Shown one piece after another: positions 1 through 13,384 of a stretch of DNA of 64,000 nt. The notes under the pieces were generated by a model, which saw only the letters and a list, made by a program, of their open reading frames with translations, ran no database searches and was not told where the DNA came from. Position 1 is the first letter of the stretch. The number at the start of each line of letters is the position of its first letter. Origin of the DNA: Saprolegnia diclina VS20 (lineage: Eukaryota); assembly GCF_000281045.1 (NCBI RefSeq), contig NW_008246073.1, positions 760,213-824,212 on the forward strand. The letters run 5' to 3'. A program made the translations under genes and the position numbers.

Positions 1-811
1 TTTCAGCGTCTTCATCATGTGCTGGCAACGTACACCGGGGTACAGAAGGATGCAGCAATCGTTCTGTACCCCGGTGTCCGACACAGCCTGTGTCGGATAG
101 TCAGCTGGTGCTGCCACGTAAGTTGCGTGTGCTTAGATTGTTGCCTCCAGCGAAAGGTCGCCGGACCGGATGCCAGAGAAGGCGCTGAACAAGGACGAGG
201 CCGTCAAGGCCTACTGGGTGCTCGTGCTCAAGCAAGATGTACCTGGGGTCGACGCGATCGTGAGTCGGTATCACAAATTCCTTCCGCCGGACCTTCGGTA
301 CCCCCCAATGCTCTACTGCACTGCGCTCCACGTTGCCGTGCAAAAGAACAACGAGCCCCTCGCGGCTCTCTTTCTGCGGCTCGGCGTGCACATCAATGCT
401 CAAAACAAGGTTCTTACACAGCGCGAATGAGCCCCATTCGTACTTCGTGTAGGCGGGGGCGACAGCGCTGCACCTCGCGTGTCGACTGGGCTTTGTAAGC
501 ATGGTCACCTTTCTTCTCCGGAATGGCGCTGACTATGCCGTGCTCGATACAGTACTACTTGCGAGTCTTCGGCAAACTTGGTATCTCAAGAACGGTGTTA
601 TAGCAAATGCATTCGCCGTTCGAGGTTGCGACGTGGTCTGTCCTGCAAGATGCGCTTCTCTCGCCTCTCCAGACCCAAGCCGCCGCCCTTTTGGCCAGCG
701 AGGCCTGCGCTGTACAGCCTGCTTTCAAGGCCTTTTCGTTTCATAAACGAAGCTAGTGCGATGACGCTGCTCGCCTTCAGAGCGAGATTGGTCGCGCCAA
801 GACGGCCTTAG
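1..811 (+). CDS. Ankyrin-repeat protein, 5'-truncated by the window, multi-exon; 3' end approximate
   Basis: Ankyrin motifs TALHVAVQKNNEPLAALFLRLGVHINAQNK, then (after GT-AG intron ~410-452) GATALHLACRLGFVSMVTFLLRNGADY. Confidence 0.6.
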
Positions 812-940
812 AAGGGCTGCACATGGAGTGGGATGACATTCAAAGCCAAGGGTTGGAAGAATGGATGGTGCGTCTTCGTCATCTCGAACGAAAGAGCTTG
901 TGGACCTGATGGAGCGTAGGCGTACCGTGAGCAGTCGGAT

Positions 941-3444
941 ATGGAAGATGCGTTGCGCCTCGAATTGATCGAGTTGCGACGAACGTTGCAGCACTGCGAT
1001 GCCGACCGAGAGACAAAGACCGAGCACGGTTCGCCAGTAGCTCGGTGAAAAATCGCCTGAGGGAATGAAATTAGGGGCCGAGCAGCATGCCCAGCTGGAG
1101 GAAGTGCTTGGGCGGTATCGCGTCGCCCTCGACCGCACGGCGGGTGCAACGAACGAGCTCCATCACCAGCAAGATCTGCTCGCAACCGCGTACAGCGTCA
1201 AGGTACAATTCCCCGAGTAGTCCGACAAGACACACACAATGTCGTAGAGGGCCAAGTGGACCATTTACTCGGACAAGCTCGGTGTCGTCGATGCCATGGA
1301 GAACGCCCCGAACGATATCGACGTGCAGCTCTGGGGCGCAAACCTCCTCTCCCACCTCGCCCACGGTACGTCCAAAACCATGCTACGTAATTTGACGAAA
1401 ATACTAGATCCGCAGACACCCCACGAGCTCCTCGTCAAGCAGAATATGCTACATACCGTGCGCGACACGATGGAGCGATTCCCTTTTCACGCCAAGATCC
1501 AGGTTGCTGCACGGGCTCTTGTCGTGATACTCACGTCAAAACGCCCAAAGGAGCACGCGATTGAAGCCATCGGCGCCCTCTGTGATGCACTCCGTAGGCA
1601 GTAGTGTATAGATTGTGTGTCTCTAAAGATCAAGTAGCTACGGCATGCGAGCTCTGCATGCAAGAACGCTACATTGAAAACATCCAAGCCGCCCAGCGCC
1701 AGTTCACGCCCGACGATGCCTTTGCCAGGTACATTCTAGCGCCGCCTCGACCACATCCATAGAGCTTCTCTTGTCTAGTCATTGTGTCTACGCCCTGCGC
1801 GCGCTACTCATGCCCCGAACGCCGTCGACGCACCCCGTGTCCCAAGTGCACCTCAAGTTCATGTGCAAATTTTGCGCCGACGACAATGCCTTTGTCGTCG
1901 ATTTGCTCGCCAAGTGCCGGAGCTCCAAGCTCGTAGACTCGCGCGCTCGAGATGAGAACTTATAGCTTCGTAGGTACTCTACCACGATGTGTTGCCCGAC
2001 CTCGCTGGACTTTTGTTTGTCCTCGCAAAGTACAACGCTCGCCACGTCTTTTTAGAGCGTGACGCGCTGGGGTACACCAAGAATTCATTTTTTGTGAGCT
2101 ATTACGTTTCATGTAGGCTTCGCACCGTCCTCGACATCCTCGTGCAAGTCTCTGTCGATGAGGAAACCGTGCGCAACCTCTTGGGTATCGCCTCGCTCTT
2201 GTCGCTCGCAGGTCGCTGCATGAAGTTTGGAGCGAGCTTGCTCAATCAACCTGCCTTGCAGATGTGCGAAGCCCCGAAGAAGACACGCTGCCGTCGTGCT
2301 ACATTTCATTTGGGTTGCCCAAGGTGCGGCCTTTTGTTGTGGCTCTCGGTGACACTATGGTAGGTGATTCCGCTCATTCAAAAATACGCTGGGAACCCGG
2401 ACGTTGTCATGTGGGGCATTCGCTTCCTTCGCAATTTGGCCGAGCGCGACGGTAGCTCTGTGTCTAGAATGTCGATGCTTTAGTGTGTTGTCTAGTCGTT
2501 GCCAAAGACCAAGTGAGTCGCAGCGGCATTGAACATATCCTCACTGACCTCATTGCCGCGTGCGCGTCGACGTCGATGCGAATCTCGATTTTGCAACTCA
2601 TCCACGTGGCGTTTGTGACCAACTATGACCGTAATGCCCCTAGTTTCATTGATGTCTGTTTGACGTCAAGGACGTAGGGCTGAGCCAAGTCGAAGAGCTC
2701 TCAACCATGGTGCTGGACAGTGTCCGCGACTGCTTCTTGACACATCAACACAGCGTGACTCTGCAGGAGTGGGCCCTGAAAAGCCTCGTCGTCGCGTGCA
2801 AGCATCGTGCGTCACCGACAACGAAAGCTGCGTCGTTTTCATGCAATTGGTCGTAGCATCAAACCTCGCGTACCTCATGGCGTCCCGCGACGACCTCGAG
2901 GCGTGTCTCATGGACATCTTGTTACCTCTCGCGCGTCAAGCGCCCGAGATCTTTGACGCGCGGCGTTACAACACGCTTTTGCTCTGGGGGCTCCGCTTCC
3001 TCCTCCTCTACTACGAATATGGTCCGATGCTATCACCGTAGCGGGTATGTTGACAGTCGATGCTGAAATGTAGAAGGGAATGCGGGCTCGTCGCTGCACG
3101 ACCTTGCAAACTCGCACGATGCGTGCAGCGTCCTCTTTGCAATCGACAGCTTTTGCGACAAGCACCGCGAGCCGACGACAGCAACAATCACCAACCTCGT
3201 CACGGTGCTTCGGACAGTCGTGCGGTGCACGTGCCGTCAACGGTCTCTCCCGTAACGTATTGCCACGTCATCCTTGTCAGTGAAGTAAGCATGTGCCAAT
3301 GTTGATCATTTAAGATTGTTGGATTCTTTGGCGTCCTCGACAACAACGTCGTCGCCGTAGTGTTTCCCATATATGGACGCCGGTCGGCCCCGTATATGGA
3401 CGTCGGTGGGTTGTTTAGGACTCGAAAAAGTCGATCGAATTGAT
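941..3444 (+). CDS. Multi-exon helical (ARM/HEAT-like) hypothetical protein; boundaries approximate
   Basis: ATG at 941 (MEDALRLELIELRR). Many short exons between GT-AG introns, with ARM-like segments such as AMENAPNDIDVQLWGANLLSHLA and TMERFPFHAKIQVAA. Confidence 0.45.
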
Positions 3445-3812
3445 GGGAACGTTGTGTCAATCCACCTTTCGAGTTGAAACAAATCGCGAAAAAAAGCCAA
3501 AAATATTCCGAAATAAATGTGTAGTCCTTGCGCTAGTTCTCGGCAATGTCGCTGTGGTTTTCGCACGCGCATTGCTTGATAATACCATGGAGCGTTGACT
3601 GGACTGGTGGAACAGCTATATTTCAAGCCCTGTGTCATGTCCTTGATGGAATCAACCATGAATTAGCATCTCTTTTATGGCGACCGCGACTGAACTCTTC
3701 GAGTACGACTCACTCCATTCTCTTCAAGGGAATAAACAATATGGATTTTATTTCCTTGATCTTGTTTCACGGACGACTTTAAAACGCAGAATATGACATG
3801 CAGATGTTGTCT

Positions 3813-5450
3813 TTAGCCACGCCAAAACTTGGTGTGCGCTTCGGGGTTCCGGCTGAGCTGGTCGTCGTTGAGCGGCACAACGTAGCCTGGTTGGCGCGCC
3901 GCGCTAAAGTACCCAAGAAGAGCGGCATCGCGCGCCGACGCGAGGCGGTACCCATACACATGTGGCTGCGCGGCATCGCCATCGTAGTGGTCGCCCTCAC
4001 GCGTGCGAATGCCCGAGAGCTGCAGAATGCCCACGTCCGTCCATGGCACGTCTTTGGGCAAGCGGCATTCGATGGGCACCGGGCGCCGCGACCGCTCGAG
4101 CGTCGATGCCGTCGGTGTCTTTTTGTTGAACCAATGAAACATGGCAAAGTCTGCGAACGGCATGCATCCCGTCATCTTTTCGATCGCGGCCTCACGTTTC
4201 ACGTAATCGCGTCGGCCAAAGAACGTGACAATTTGGGCGACGAGGCTAGCTGTCGACGCGTCATCGTCCGATGGCACGCCACGCTCGTACGGCGGCGTGC
4301 TTAGAAACTCGAGCACGCCACGCACGAGGCACTCGCTAAAGACCGACGCGCCATGGCGCGTCATCGCGCAGAGCTGCTCTTCGTACGCAAAGACGAGGCC
4401 GCGCGCGACCGTGTCGCAGATCTATGCAGGTATTCAGATCAAGTACGAGATAGCGAAGCGTACTTCATCCATTTCGGAAAAGCTGTTGGCGTTCGACGTT
4501 ATGTTGGCGACGCGGTCTTCTTCGCGCTTGTCTGAGAGCGCTTGGACACGGTTCGTAATGCACCCGAGCACCAAGTTGGCGCCAGGAAACGGCACTGACT
4601 CGCTCAGAAGCGTCATGTACTGCGCAGCACGGTCGCCGTCCGAGTACTTTTCACGCGTGACCATGCCGCTCGCGAGCGCTTTGGACGCGACAAACACCTC
4701 GTTGACCTTGGAAAAGATCGTCGAGTAGACCATTGCGTACGTCGGGTTCTCTTCAATGTACTGCTTCTCGCGCAAGTCGGCTTGCTTGGCGTCGTACTCG
4801 GCCATGAGGAGCTGGGACTGCGCCTGGAGCGCGTAAATCTGCGTACACATGTCTTCGGTCATCTCGGACGCGCTCTTGGCCTCGTCTCGGATCGCAGCAA
4901 TGCTCTTGTCAAAGTCGGCCTTGCGCTCGCGAGCCTCGGTCTTCAAGACGTCGATTTGGCCTGCGAGCGCTTGCGTCGTCGCCTTCAACGTCACTACGTC
5001 TTGCTGCACAGTCTGCAATCCCTCTTCCAGCTGGCGTTGGTCTGCAGGACGTCGCATGAGAATGCATAGCTATGGCGTCATAGTCGTACCGCGCACTTTT
5101 TTCTCCTCCAAAAGGCGGTTGATGGTTTCGATCTTGGTGTCAATCGCCCGCGTGTTGCGCTGAAAGTTCTGCTCCGAAAAGGTCTTTTGCTGCTCGATCA
5201 TGCGCAGCTGCGCTTGCACCGACTGCTTCATGGCCGGCGCGGCCGTTGCCATTTGCCGCTTGAACATGTCGGTGCGCTGGGTAAAGCTCATGGCCTCGGT
5301 GCGGTTGATCGTGACCTAGCCGCGCGGTCCATCATCGACGCCCATGCGTCGCAGGCGTACCAGTTTGTCGCGCTTGGCGCGGAGCTCGTCGATCGCTGCC
5401 CAGAGCTCTTCACTCGAGTCCTCTAGCGTCCACTCGCGGTCGTCTGCCAT
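3813..5450 (-). CDS. Coiled-coil hypothetical protein, multi-exon
   Basis: Consecutive minus-strand ORFs (5316-5543, 5070-5291, 4434-5057, 3813-4364) separated by intron-sized gaps; heptad-rich N-terminal half beginning MADDREWTLED. Confidence 0.6.
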
Positions 5451-6424
5451 CTTGATTTCCTTTTCAACTTTGCCTGGCCTCAGATCTTGGATTGTCGTTA
5501 CCAACCCGTTCCAAAACGCGCGCCTCGAAACGCTGACGCCCATTGGTACATCAAACGAGCCAATCCACGCTCATGTAAAAAGCGCTTGAAAACATTCGAG
5601 CGTGCTCGCTTTAATCGCTTGATGTGCAACGCTTTTTATATTCGTGACTGGAGCGTGGCACGCCCACAACCCGGCTACGAGACTTCCTTCTTCTTCTTTG
5701 TTGTTGTCATCTGGACGTTTGGAGCCTGTGGATCCTTTGTCACGTGTAGTCGCTCCACGAAGGCCAGTGCAGTGACGACGCGCGTCCAGCACGCCCATCC
5801 TGTCCTCAAGGGTCAGTGCTCTCTGCCGTGTGTCACTGTAGCAGCAGGTCGAACGGCCGCCATGTCCCCATGGTTGTCTTCTTCGTGGGCACTCGTTGCA
5901 TTGGAAGCCTGCAATGCTCTGTGGATACCAGTCCCTTCTAGATTTGAAGTGGCTTTGGAACACCATGCCAGGTACGCTCCCACGAGCGAGAAAATACTGA
6001 AGTACCGGTACGTCCGACAGCCTTTCTACACATCTCGCGCCGCTTGCCTGGCACCCATGCACCGATTGGAGGAAGGCGGCGGAGACATCGGAATCCAAGC
6101 CCCGCGTAGTACTATTTACGAAGGGGGCAGCGTCTCTTCGACTATGCAAAACCGATTATCGCGTGTACTGTACGACCGAGCGGCCCGTCCCTACAAAGTA
6201 TCGTTGGTCGGCAAACCATCGCGTTCGGCGAGGGCGTTCTCATAGTTAGTCGACGGCTTGTACTAAATTGCACTTCCATCGAACGCGTTGGTTTGGAACG
6301 GCCGGAGATCTTGGTCGCCCTATTTTTTGTCGCCCATACAAAACCCAAGAGCTTTCCGCGGGGCGTAAGCAGAGGGTGGATCTCAGACGGCGATTTTTCC
6401 CAGACAGCGCCAACCCGACGCAGC

Positions 6425-9023
6425 ATGAAGCTCGCGGCCTTCCTGAGCTCGACGCCATCGTCGCGCCCGACGATGAAGAAGATGGAGCCGCCCCCGTCGG
6501 CGCTGCAGAAGGACTGGGAGAAGAAGAGCGCGCTCGAGACGATCGCGATCGGTACGTCGGTCGACGACGCTGGCCCATGATGCCATCCATGCTCCTAGAT
6601 GAGAAGGCGATCAACTACTTCCGGAAGCTTCCGATAACGACATGCGTCATGGAAGGACGCATGATGAAGTACGACCTCGAGCCCATGTTTGTGCGCAATG
6701 CGTTCCGGCATGGCAACAGCCTCTCGGTCACGGCCGCGCTCGACCTCATTGCGCAGGGAACGGAGATCATGACGACCGAGTTCAACATCCTCAAGCTCCA
6801 AGCGCCCATGATCGGTAGGCCAAGAATGAGCTTGCGAGGAAGCTCATCGTACGTTATGTAGTCGTCGGCGACTTGCACGGCCAGTTCTTCGACTTGCTGC
6901 ATTTGCTGCATGTCCATGGCGACCCGAGCCCGACGAACCAGTATTTATTCCTTGGCGACTACGTGGATCGTGGTCCGTCGTCGTGCGAGATCATGCTGCT
7001 CCTCCTTGCGTACAAGATCAAGTTTCCCAAGTTCGTGCACCTCCTCCGTGGCAACCACGAGTGCCGGAGCGTGAGCACGCACTACGGGTTCCGCGACGAG
7101 TGTCTCCGCAAGTATGGCCTCCTCGTGTACAACCGCATGGTCGCATGCTTTGAGAGCATGCCCCTCGCCGCGACGATCGAGACGTCGTACGGAACGCTTC
7201 TTGCGCTGCACGGCGGCCTCTCACCCGACATTGACACGGTCGACGAGATCAACGACCTCGACCGGTTCGTCGAGCCCAAGCCGTCGGGACCACTCTGCGA
7301 TATCTTGTGGTCGGACCCGTCCAAGGACACAGACCAGCACGACGACTGGGCGCCCAACCCGATCCGCGGCTGCTCGTACATGTTCAGCGAGCACCTCGTC
7401 CGGTCATTTCTCCAGCGCAACAAACTCCTCTCCATCATCCGTGCGCACGAGGTAGAGCATTGAGCTTCGGTGATTGAGGATGCTCATGGCATGACATTCA
7501 GATGGAAGAAACGGGCTTTTACGAACACTACGCCAAGGGCGTCTCGCTCGACGACTTTCCGCCCGTCGTCACCGTCTTCTCCGCGCCCGAGTACTGCAAC
7601 GTGTACTCCAACATGGTACGTTCATCGCTATTGACGCATGACATTGACGTCTGAGCCTAGGGCGCGACGCTCTACTTGACGTACGAATGGACGGGCCAGC
7701 TCGAATTCGTCCAGCACAAGCGTGCCCACACGGAGAGCAAGATCACGCACGCGAGCGAGGTCAACGCCGTCTCCGAGTTCCTCGCCGAGACGCTCCCGTT
7801 TTTGCCCATTTCGTTCTTGCAGCTCGTATCGCTCTGCAGCCGTCTCGGTCCTGGTCTCCACGTCGTGCGCTCGTGCAATGCGTCGACGGCTCTCTTACCG
7901 AGCAAAAAGAAGAAACCGCATATGTTTGCGACCGGAGGCTTCATCTCCAAGCTCATGGCGCGACGCAAGTCGTCGCGCGCCGAGCGAGAGGAGCCCGAGA
8001 TGCCGCCACCGCCGATCCAGACGCGACCCAAGGTCGCTGCGCCGCGCAGCAACAAGTCCATCAGCACGACGCCCGTGAGCAAGCGCGGATCGGGCTTTGT
8101 CCCGCCTTCCGAAATGCACCCTGCGGCAGTGCAGCCCCAGCAAAAAGTATGGTTTACCGCTCGAGCACTAGCTCACACGTTTACATCGCGTAGATTGCAT
8201 GCATCAAGGTGTCGTCGCGCATTGCCGAGCTTCAAAATCAGATTTTCCAGAGCGGGTCGCGCCCGGGCCTACCCATGTGCCAACCGACAAAGACATCCCC
8301 GCAAGACGACGACGACAGCGCGACGCAGGACGAGGAAGAAGAAGAGGTGCTGCCCAAGCGCCGCACCCGTTCGTTCCATGCCGTCGACAGTCAAGACACG
8401 CGCGTGGCCCAGATCCGTCGACAATGGCAGATCAAGGCAAACGAAGAATCGGAGAAGCACCGCGTCGCGTCGTCCGTGCCGTCGCGCGTCTTTTTACACC
8501 AGCGGCGCCCGAGCGTCGACAAGCTCACGGGCCAGATCGACATTATGAACGTGCTCCAAGTCTGGGAGCAGCGCAAGAACAACATTCAGAGCGCCCACGC
8601 AGCGATCGAGACGGAGACGGTTCCTGTATACAAGAAGGTAGTCGCTCGTGTTTGCCGTGTCGTATTCTCACGGGATGCTATAGCAAATGGGCGCCGACGT
8701 CTTTACGGACGAGGAATGGCGAGCTCTTAAGCTCTACTTTTACATGGCCACACGGGACGACCAAGGGCAACTGACCAAGAAGAAGCTCGGGTTGCTGCTG
8801 GCCGACCAAGATAAAGGTACATTTTTGAGTTTGAAATAACATGCATTGACGCGAGTGTCGACTAGATGCGTATGCGACCCAAGACGAACTGTCGACCATC
8901 CTCGGGGCCATGGACAGCGACGAAGACGGCGTGATTGGCGAAGCCGATTTTTTGCATTTTGCGTATCGGGCCAAACAGTCGGAGATGCGCCAGCCACACC
9001 TCGTGCGACGCTTCTCGGGGTAA
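6425..9023 (+). CDS. Calcineurin-A-like PPP Ser/Thr phosphatase with C-terminal EF-hand
   Basis: After splicing: GDLHGQ, GDYVDRG, LRGNHE, HGG, WSDP, RGCSY, IIRAHE, FSAPEYC. Last exon carries EF loop DSDEDGVIGEADF; stop TAA 9021-9023. Confidence 0.85.
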
Positions 9024-9059
9024 CGACGTCGCAACTTATTTTCTTATCTATGCTTATGC

Positions 9060-11122
9060 TCAAGCGTGTTGTTGATTCCTCGCACGCATGGTCACGTTGA
9101 ACGTCTTGACGCCGACCGTGCCGGGTACAGTGTACGCGCCAGGCCCAATGAGCTGGTGCGGCTTGGTCGGCTTGCGCTCAAAGCGCTGCTGAAGCGGCAG
9201 CGTAGACCGGATCGTATTTGCGCGCGTCCGGAAGCTCGGTGCCCCAACAACTTGGTCGCGCGGCGAAGCAACCTCATACTGACCCGGCCCCGGTACTTCG
9301 CGGTACATGGTCTCGGCGCCAATCTCGCTTCGCGGGCCCTGGCTCAGGAAGGGCACCTTCAAGAACGGATTCGTCGCGACGCGGTGTGGTGGGACGTTGA
9401 CGAGGTCGTAGTCGCCGACGGCCGGCGCCGCGCACTCGCCAACGATATGGAACTGCGGTGCATGGTTGTGGCCCTTCGGAAACCTACGAGACGGTTGTGT
9501 TTCGCGTTTGCATCCAACCGTACCGGCTCGTCGTCGACCGAAAGGCCGATGAGGTGTAGACGCGCGGGCGGCGAACACCAGGCGGCAAGGGTTCGACCAC
9601 GTTCGAGTCGGCCGTGTACTTGCCGGGACCTGGCAGCTGCTCTTCGGCCTCGAGCACCTCGGGTGTGAGGTTCCAGAGGAAGCGCTCGGTCGTCGAGCCA
9701 AAGACGCCGTTGCGGCCGACATGCTGCTTTATGCGCACCGCCTTTTCGAGCGTGAGGTCGTGGCCGGCGGGGCTGTACGTGCCCGGGCCCTACACATCAA
9801 GTATCGGCGGCTCGAAGCAGAACGAGTGTTGAGATACGTACGGTCGCGTACGCGGGCTTGGTTTTCGCCAAGCACGGTCGTTCCGAAATGGCTTGGAACC
9901 CGACTGCGTCGTCGCGAAAACTCTTTTTCGAGTGCAATCGGCGCCGCTGGTCGTACGTCTTCTTGTCGACGTACGTACCGGGACCCGGCGTTTGATTGTA
10001 CGTGGGCTGAATAAACGGTGTGTTGATGTTGGACGCAATGTCGGTGCGGCCCGCCGTGGACCCAAACTGCTCCTTCTTGACGCCTTGGACCTACACATTG
10101 GTTCGTCTGTGTGTTTGTTTCGACAGTCGTCGTTGACCTTGGGCTTTGGGTTGTGGCTTTGCTCTTGGAGCGCCAGCAAAAGGGCTTTCTCTTCGTCCTT
10201 CTCGATACGTCGTGGCTCGGGTAGAATCGGCACCTTGGACGCAAAGACAGCGTTGGGTCGGTCGCTCTGTGGTGCCTGCGGCCGCAACTTTGGCGCGTAC
10301 GTACCGGGGCCCTACAATAGTGTTGCGAAACTATTGCAATATGTCGGCTGCGCAAACGTACAGGCACGTCTATTCGCGGTGAGAGCTCTTCCCAGACCTC
10401 GCGCTTCACAGTCGACTTGAGACTGGGCACGGTCGTCGCCATATCTGCGGTCGGCTCCTTCCGCACGTTGTACCCCGCGGGCCCCACCGTGTCTTGGCCC
10501 AAGCCTGAGTACGTCGACGCTGGCGCCGTGTGTCGCTTCAAGACGCCGTTTTCATCGGCCGTGTAGCCGTAGCTTTGGTCCTTTCGTGGAATCGTGGGCA
10601 CGCCTCGCTGCATCCCAGGTGTGTTGTACTGCAGCGGACGCGACGGCACAGGTGCCGCGTGCGCCGGCAGCTGCTCAATCTCGGCCGTGTAGGTCCCAGG
10701 CCCAGGATTGTCTTGTACGGTCGACGCCATGTAGATGGAAGACCCCGGGGCATGCGGTGCAAACCGTGACACTTTGGTTGCAAAGGCGTTCATGGCGGTG
10801 CCGCTGCCATGCCCCGCGTCCTTGACGTAGGCCCCGGGGCCTATGACATGCCTCAGTTGCTACCCCTCCTAAATTGCATGTACCTGGTGTCATGGCCGAC
10901 GTGCCCGTGTTCTTGTTCAAGTTGCGCTTGTCCGAGCTGCTGAACGCCGAGTAGCTACTCACGACCCAACATTAGGCACGACACTGCAGTCGGTCAGGCT
11001 GCCCACCTCGGCTGAACGGTCTTGGCAAGCAGGTCTGGTGGAGCGTACGCGCCAGGGCCGACGACCTCGGGCGTAAACTTGGTCGAGAACGACGTCTTGC
11101 GCTGGGATCGGGTCGTCGCCAT
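9060..11122 (-). CDS. SHIPPO / sperm-tail PG-rich repeat protein (flagellar ODF3/STPG-like)
   Basis: Many (P)GPGxY repeats (VGPGAY, NPGPGTY, VGPAGY, PGPGKY, PGPGQY, IGPGAY) across several exons. Confidence 0.8.
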
Positions 11123-11853
11123 CGCACTCGCCGCTGTGCGTCGTTGTGCCACCTAAAAATACAGCCAACGCTTGATTGGGCATACGTGGCACGCTCCGCG
11201 GCCAGCGCGCAGAAAAGGCGACCCAGCATATCCGTGCGACGGTTGGCTGCATCGTGTTGTCAGCCGCCTCTCTACGTTCGATGGTCGGCCCCGCGCTGGC
11301 CCGTGAGAGGCACGCCAGCCTTCTTCTGTGCTTGGCGCCCTGTCTTGCCACGGGTTCTTCAAGCAGTTGTGCGGCGTGATCTCCTGCTCTGAAGCACGCT
11401 TGGATGTTACATCCATCGCGCTATGTGGCCACACTCTGTCGTCCTATGATCCAGTGTCGTTGCCGACTAAGATCAGCACGTCCTTACATAGCGTCTCGGC
11501 CGAGGCGGCGCCGCCCGAACGGCCTTTCCCGTGCGCTCGGTGTGTAATGTCGTGTGACCAACGGCCGTTCGAAAACTTCGATGCAGCATACAAAATGCAA
11601 GACGAAGATCGAAGATATGTGGCCAACTTCGCCGGCTGGGTGCTTGATTTGGCATTTCTGTGTACACGCCAACTTCTCCCTTCTCGTCGAGACGGGCAAA
11701 AGCGCAGCCGCAGCCAAGACGACGCGGCCCCTCTCGTACATGACCAGCGTCGCACTCGGCAAAGAATCTCTCTTTCTCGCCAGCCCGCACGTGTCCTTCC
11801 TCGCCCTTGCGCAGTCGCTCCGTATACCCCACACACCGTGCAGCAAGTCCAGC

Positions 11854-12717
11854 ATGGTCGCCATCAAGACGCCGTTCACGGACCTCCGCGTGCTCGCCGA
11901 CGCACTCGACAAGTCGCCGACCAGCGACGCAATCAAGCTCACATCCGCCTCGACGTCGTGGAAGAGTCCCACGCACGAGAACGAAGACCGGTCGCTCGTG
12001 CATTACGGCGACCGCTACAGCCTCTTTGCCGTCATGGACGGCCATGGCGGCGCCTTGGCCTCCGAGTACGTCAAGACGCACCTTGTGGGTGTCATCGACG
12101 AGCAAAGTGAGATTACAAAAGCGACCCTTGAAGCCGCTGTCGCGACGCTCGAAGCACGCTTCAACCAGATCGCAGCCGACGCCAGCGACTACAGCGGCGC
12201 CTGCTTCGTCGCGCTGCTCGTGCTCCAAGATGGCTCGCATCGACGATTTGTCTTGAACCTTGGCGACTGCCGTATTGCAGCACTCGAAGTGTCGCCGCAA
12301 GCCCACCCGAAGCGGCAAGTCCACGCGCTTTCAACGGACCACAAGGCGAGCTGCCCGCTCGAGAAGCGGCGCATCCTCGTGGCCGGCGGCTCTGTTGTCG
12401 GTGGCCGCGTCGCCGGCGTCCTCGCCCCATCCCGATCCATTGGCGACATTGACATGAAGGTCAAGGGTATGGAAGGATGGGTCGTCGCACTGCCCGAGAT
12501 CTCGGAAGGCAAGATCGCCCGTAACAGTATTTATGTCCTCGCGACCGACGGCGTCTGGGACGTCCTCTCGAACGACGAGGTCCTCGACATTGCCGAAGAC
12601 GTGCTCGACGACGAGTACGAGAAGAACTGCCAGCGCGCGAGCGACGCGATTGCCAAGGAAGCAGTCGAGCGCGGCAGCCGTGACGATATTACGGCCATCG
12701 TGATCCGCACGAGCTAA
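11854..12717 (+). CDS. Protein phosphatase 2C (PPM family); start could lie further upstream
   Basis: NED, FAVMDGHGG, NLGDCR, DHK, SRSIGD, LATDGVWD and GSRDDIT motifs. Confidence 0.9.
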   Translation: MVAIKTPFTDLRVLADALDKSPTSDAIKLTSASTSWKSPTHENEDRSLVHYGDRYSLFAVMDGHGGALASEYVKTHLVGVIDEQSEITKATLEAAVATLEARFNQIAADASDYSGACFVALLVLQDGSHRRFVLNLGDCRIAALEVSPQAHPKRQVHALSTDHKASCPLEKRRILVAGGSVVGGRVAGVLAPSRSIGDIDMKVKGMEGWVVALPEISEGKIARNSIYVLATDGVWDVLSNDEVLDIAEDVLDDEYEKNCQRASDAIAKEAVERGSRDDITAIVIRTS

Positions 12718-12823
12718 GCAGTCACGCGTATCGTGTGGTCGACGCGCCTTTAGGGAGCGACCCTCTCACTACTACTACTCGTCCTTTTGTCTACCAGCAA
12801 TAAAAACGTCGTGTATATTCGCC

Positions 12824-13384
12824 TTACCCAAGAAGACTTTTCCACGCCTCTTTGAACGTGGCGCCACGGGCCATGATGGCCCGAAGGTCCATCTCGAGCT
12901 CCGAGAGGCGGTGGCTCTCAATATCGTAAATCAGCGCGAGGATCTCGAGGTTCGGGATCTCGGTCCGCGGCGCATACCCTTTCGCGGCCTCGAGTGTGTA
13001 GGACGGGACCTTCTCGAGCTCGAGGAGCGGGTCGTTGGGCTCGACCGCCCGCATGTAGACGTACGAGGCAATAGTCTCGTCGTTCAGAATGACGGGGATC
13101 TTGACGCGCTTGTAGTAGCCGGACGTAACGGCCTCGAGGATGTCGAGGCCCTGCAAGCACGCGTCGTCGACTGTGAAGAGCTCGCCTTGGATCGGGACGC
13201 CCTCGCCGGGGATGTCGAGGAGGAACGGGACGCAGCGGTCGCCGCCGACGACGAGCGGGAAGGGCCCCACGGTGGTCGCGACCCCGCGGAAGGTCGCCTT
13301 GCCCTTGTCTACCGCGGGCTGGAGGTACACGTCGTGGTTGAAGAAGCCCCGCTTGAGCGTGCCATACACAAAGACGTCCGTCAT
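12824..13384 (-). CDS. Gamma-glutamylamine cyclotransferase (AIG2-like/GGACT)
   Basis: VFVYGTLKRGFFNH, GELF, LDILE and YKR signature; single exon, 186 aa. Confidence 0.88.
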   Translation of the reverse strand: MTDVFVYGTLKRGFFNHDVYLQPAVDKGKATFRGVATTVGPFPLVVGGDRCVPFLLDIPGEGVPIQGELFTVDDACLQGLDILEAVTSGYYKRVKIPVILNDETIASYVYMRAVEPNDPLLELEKVPSYTLEAAKGYAPRTEIPNLEILALIYDIESHRLSELEMDLRAIMARGATFKEAWKSLLG

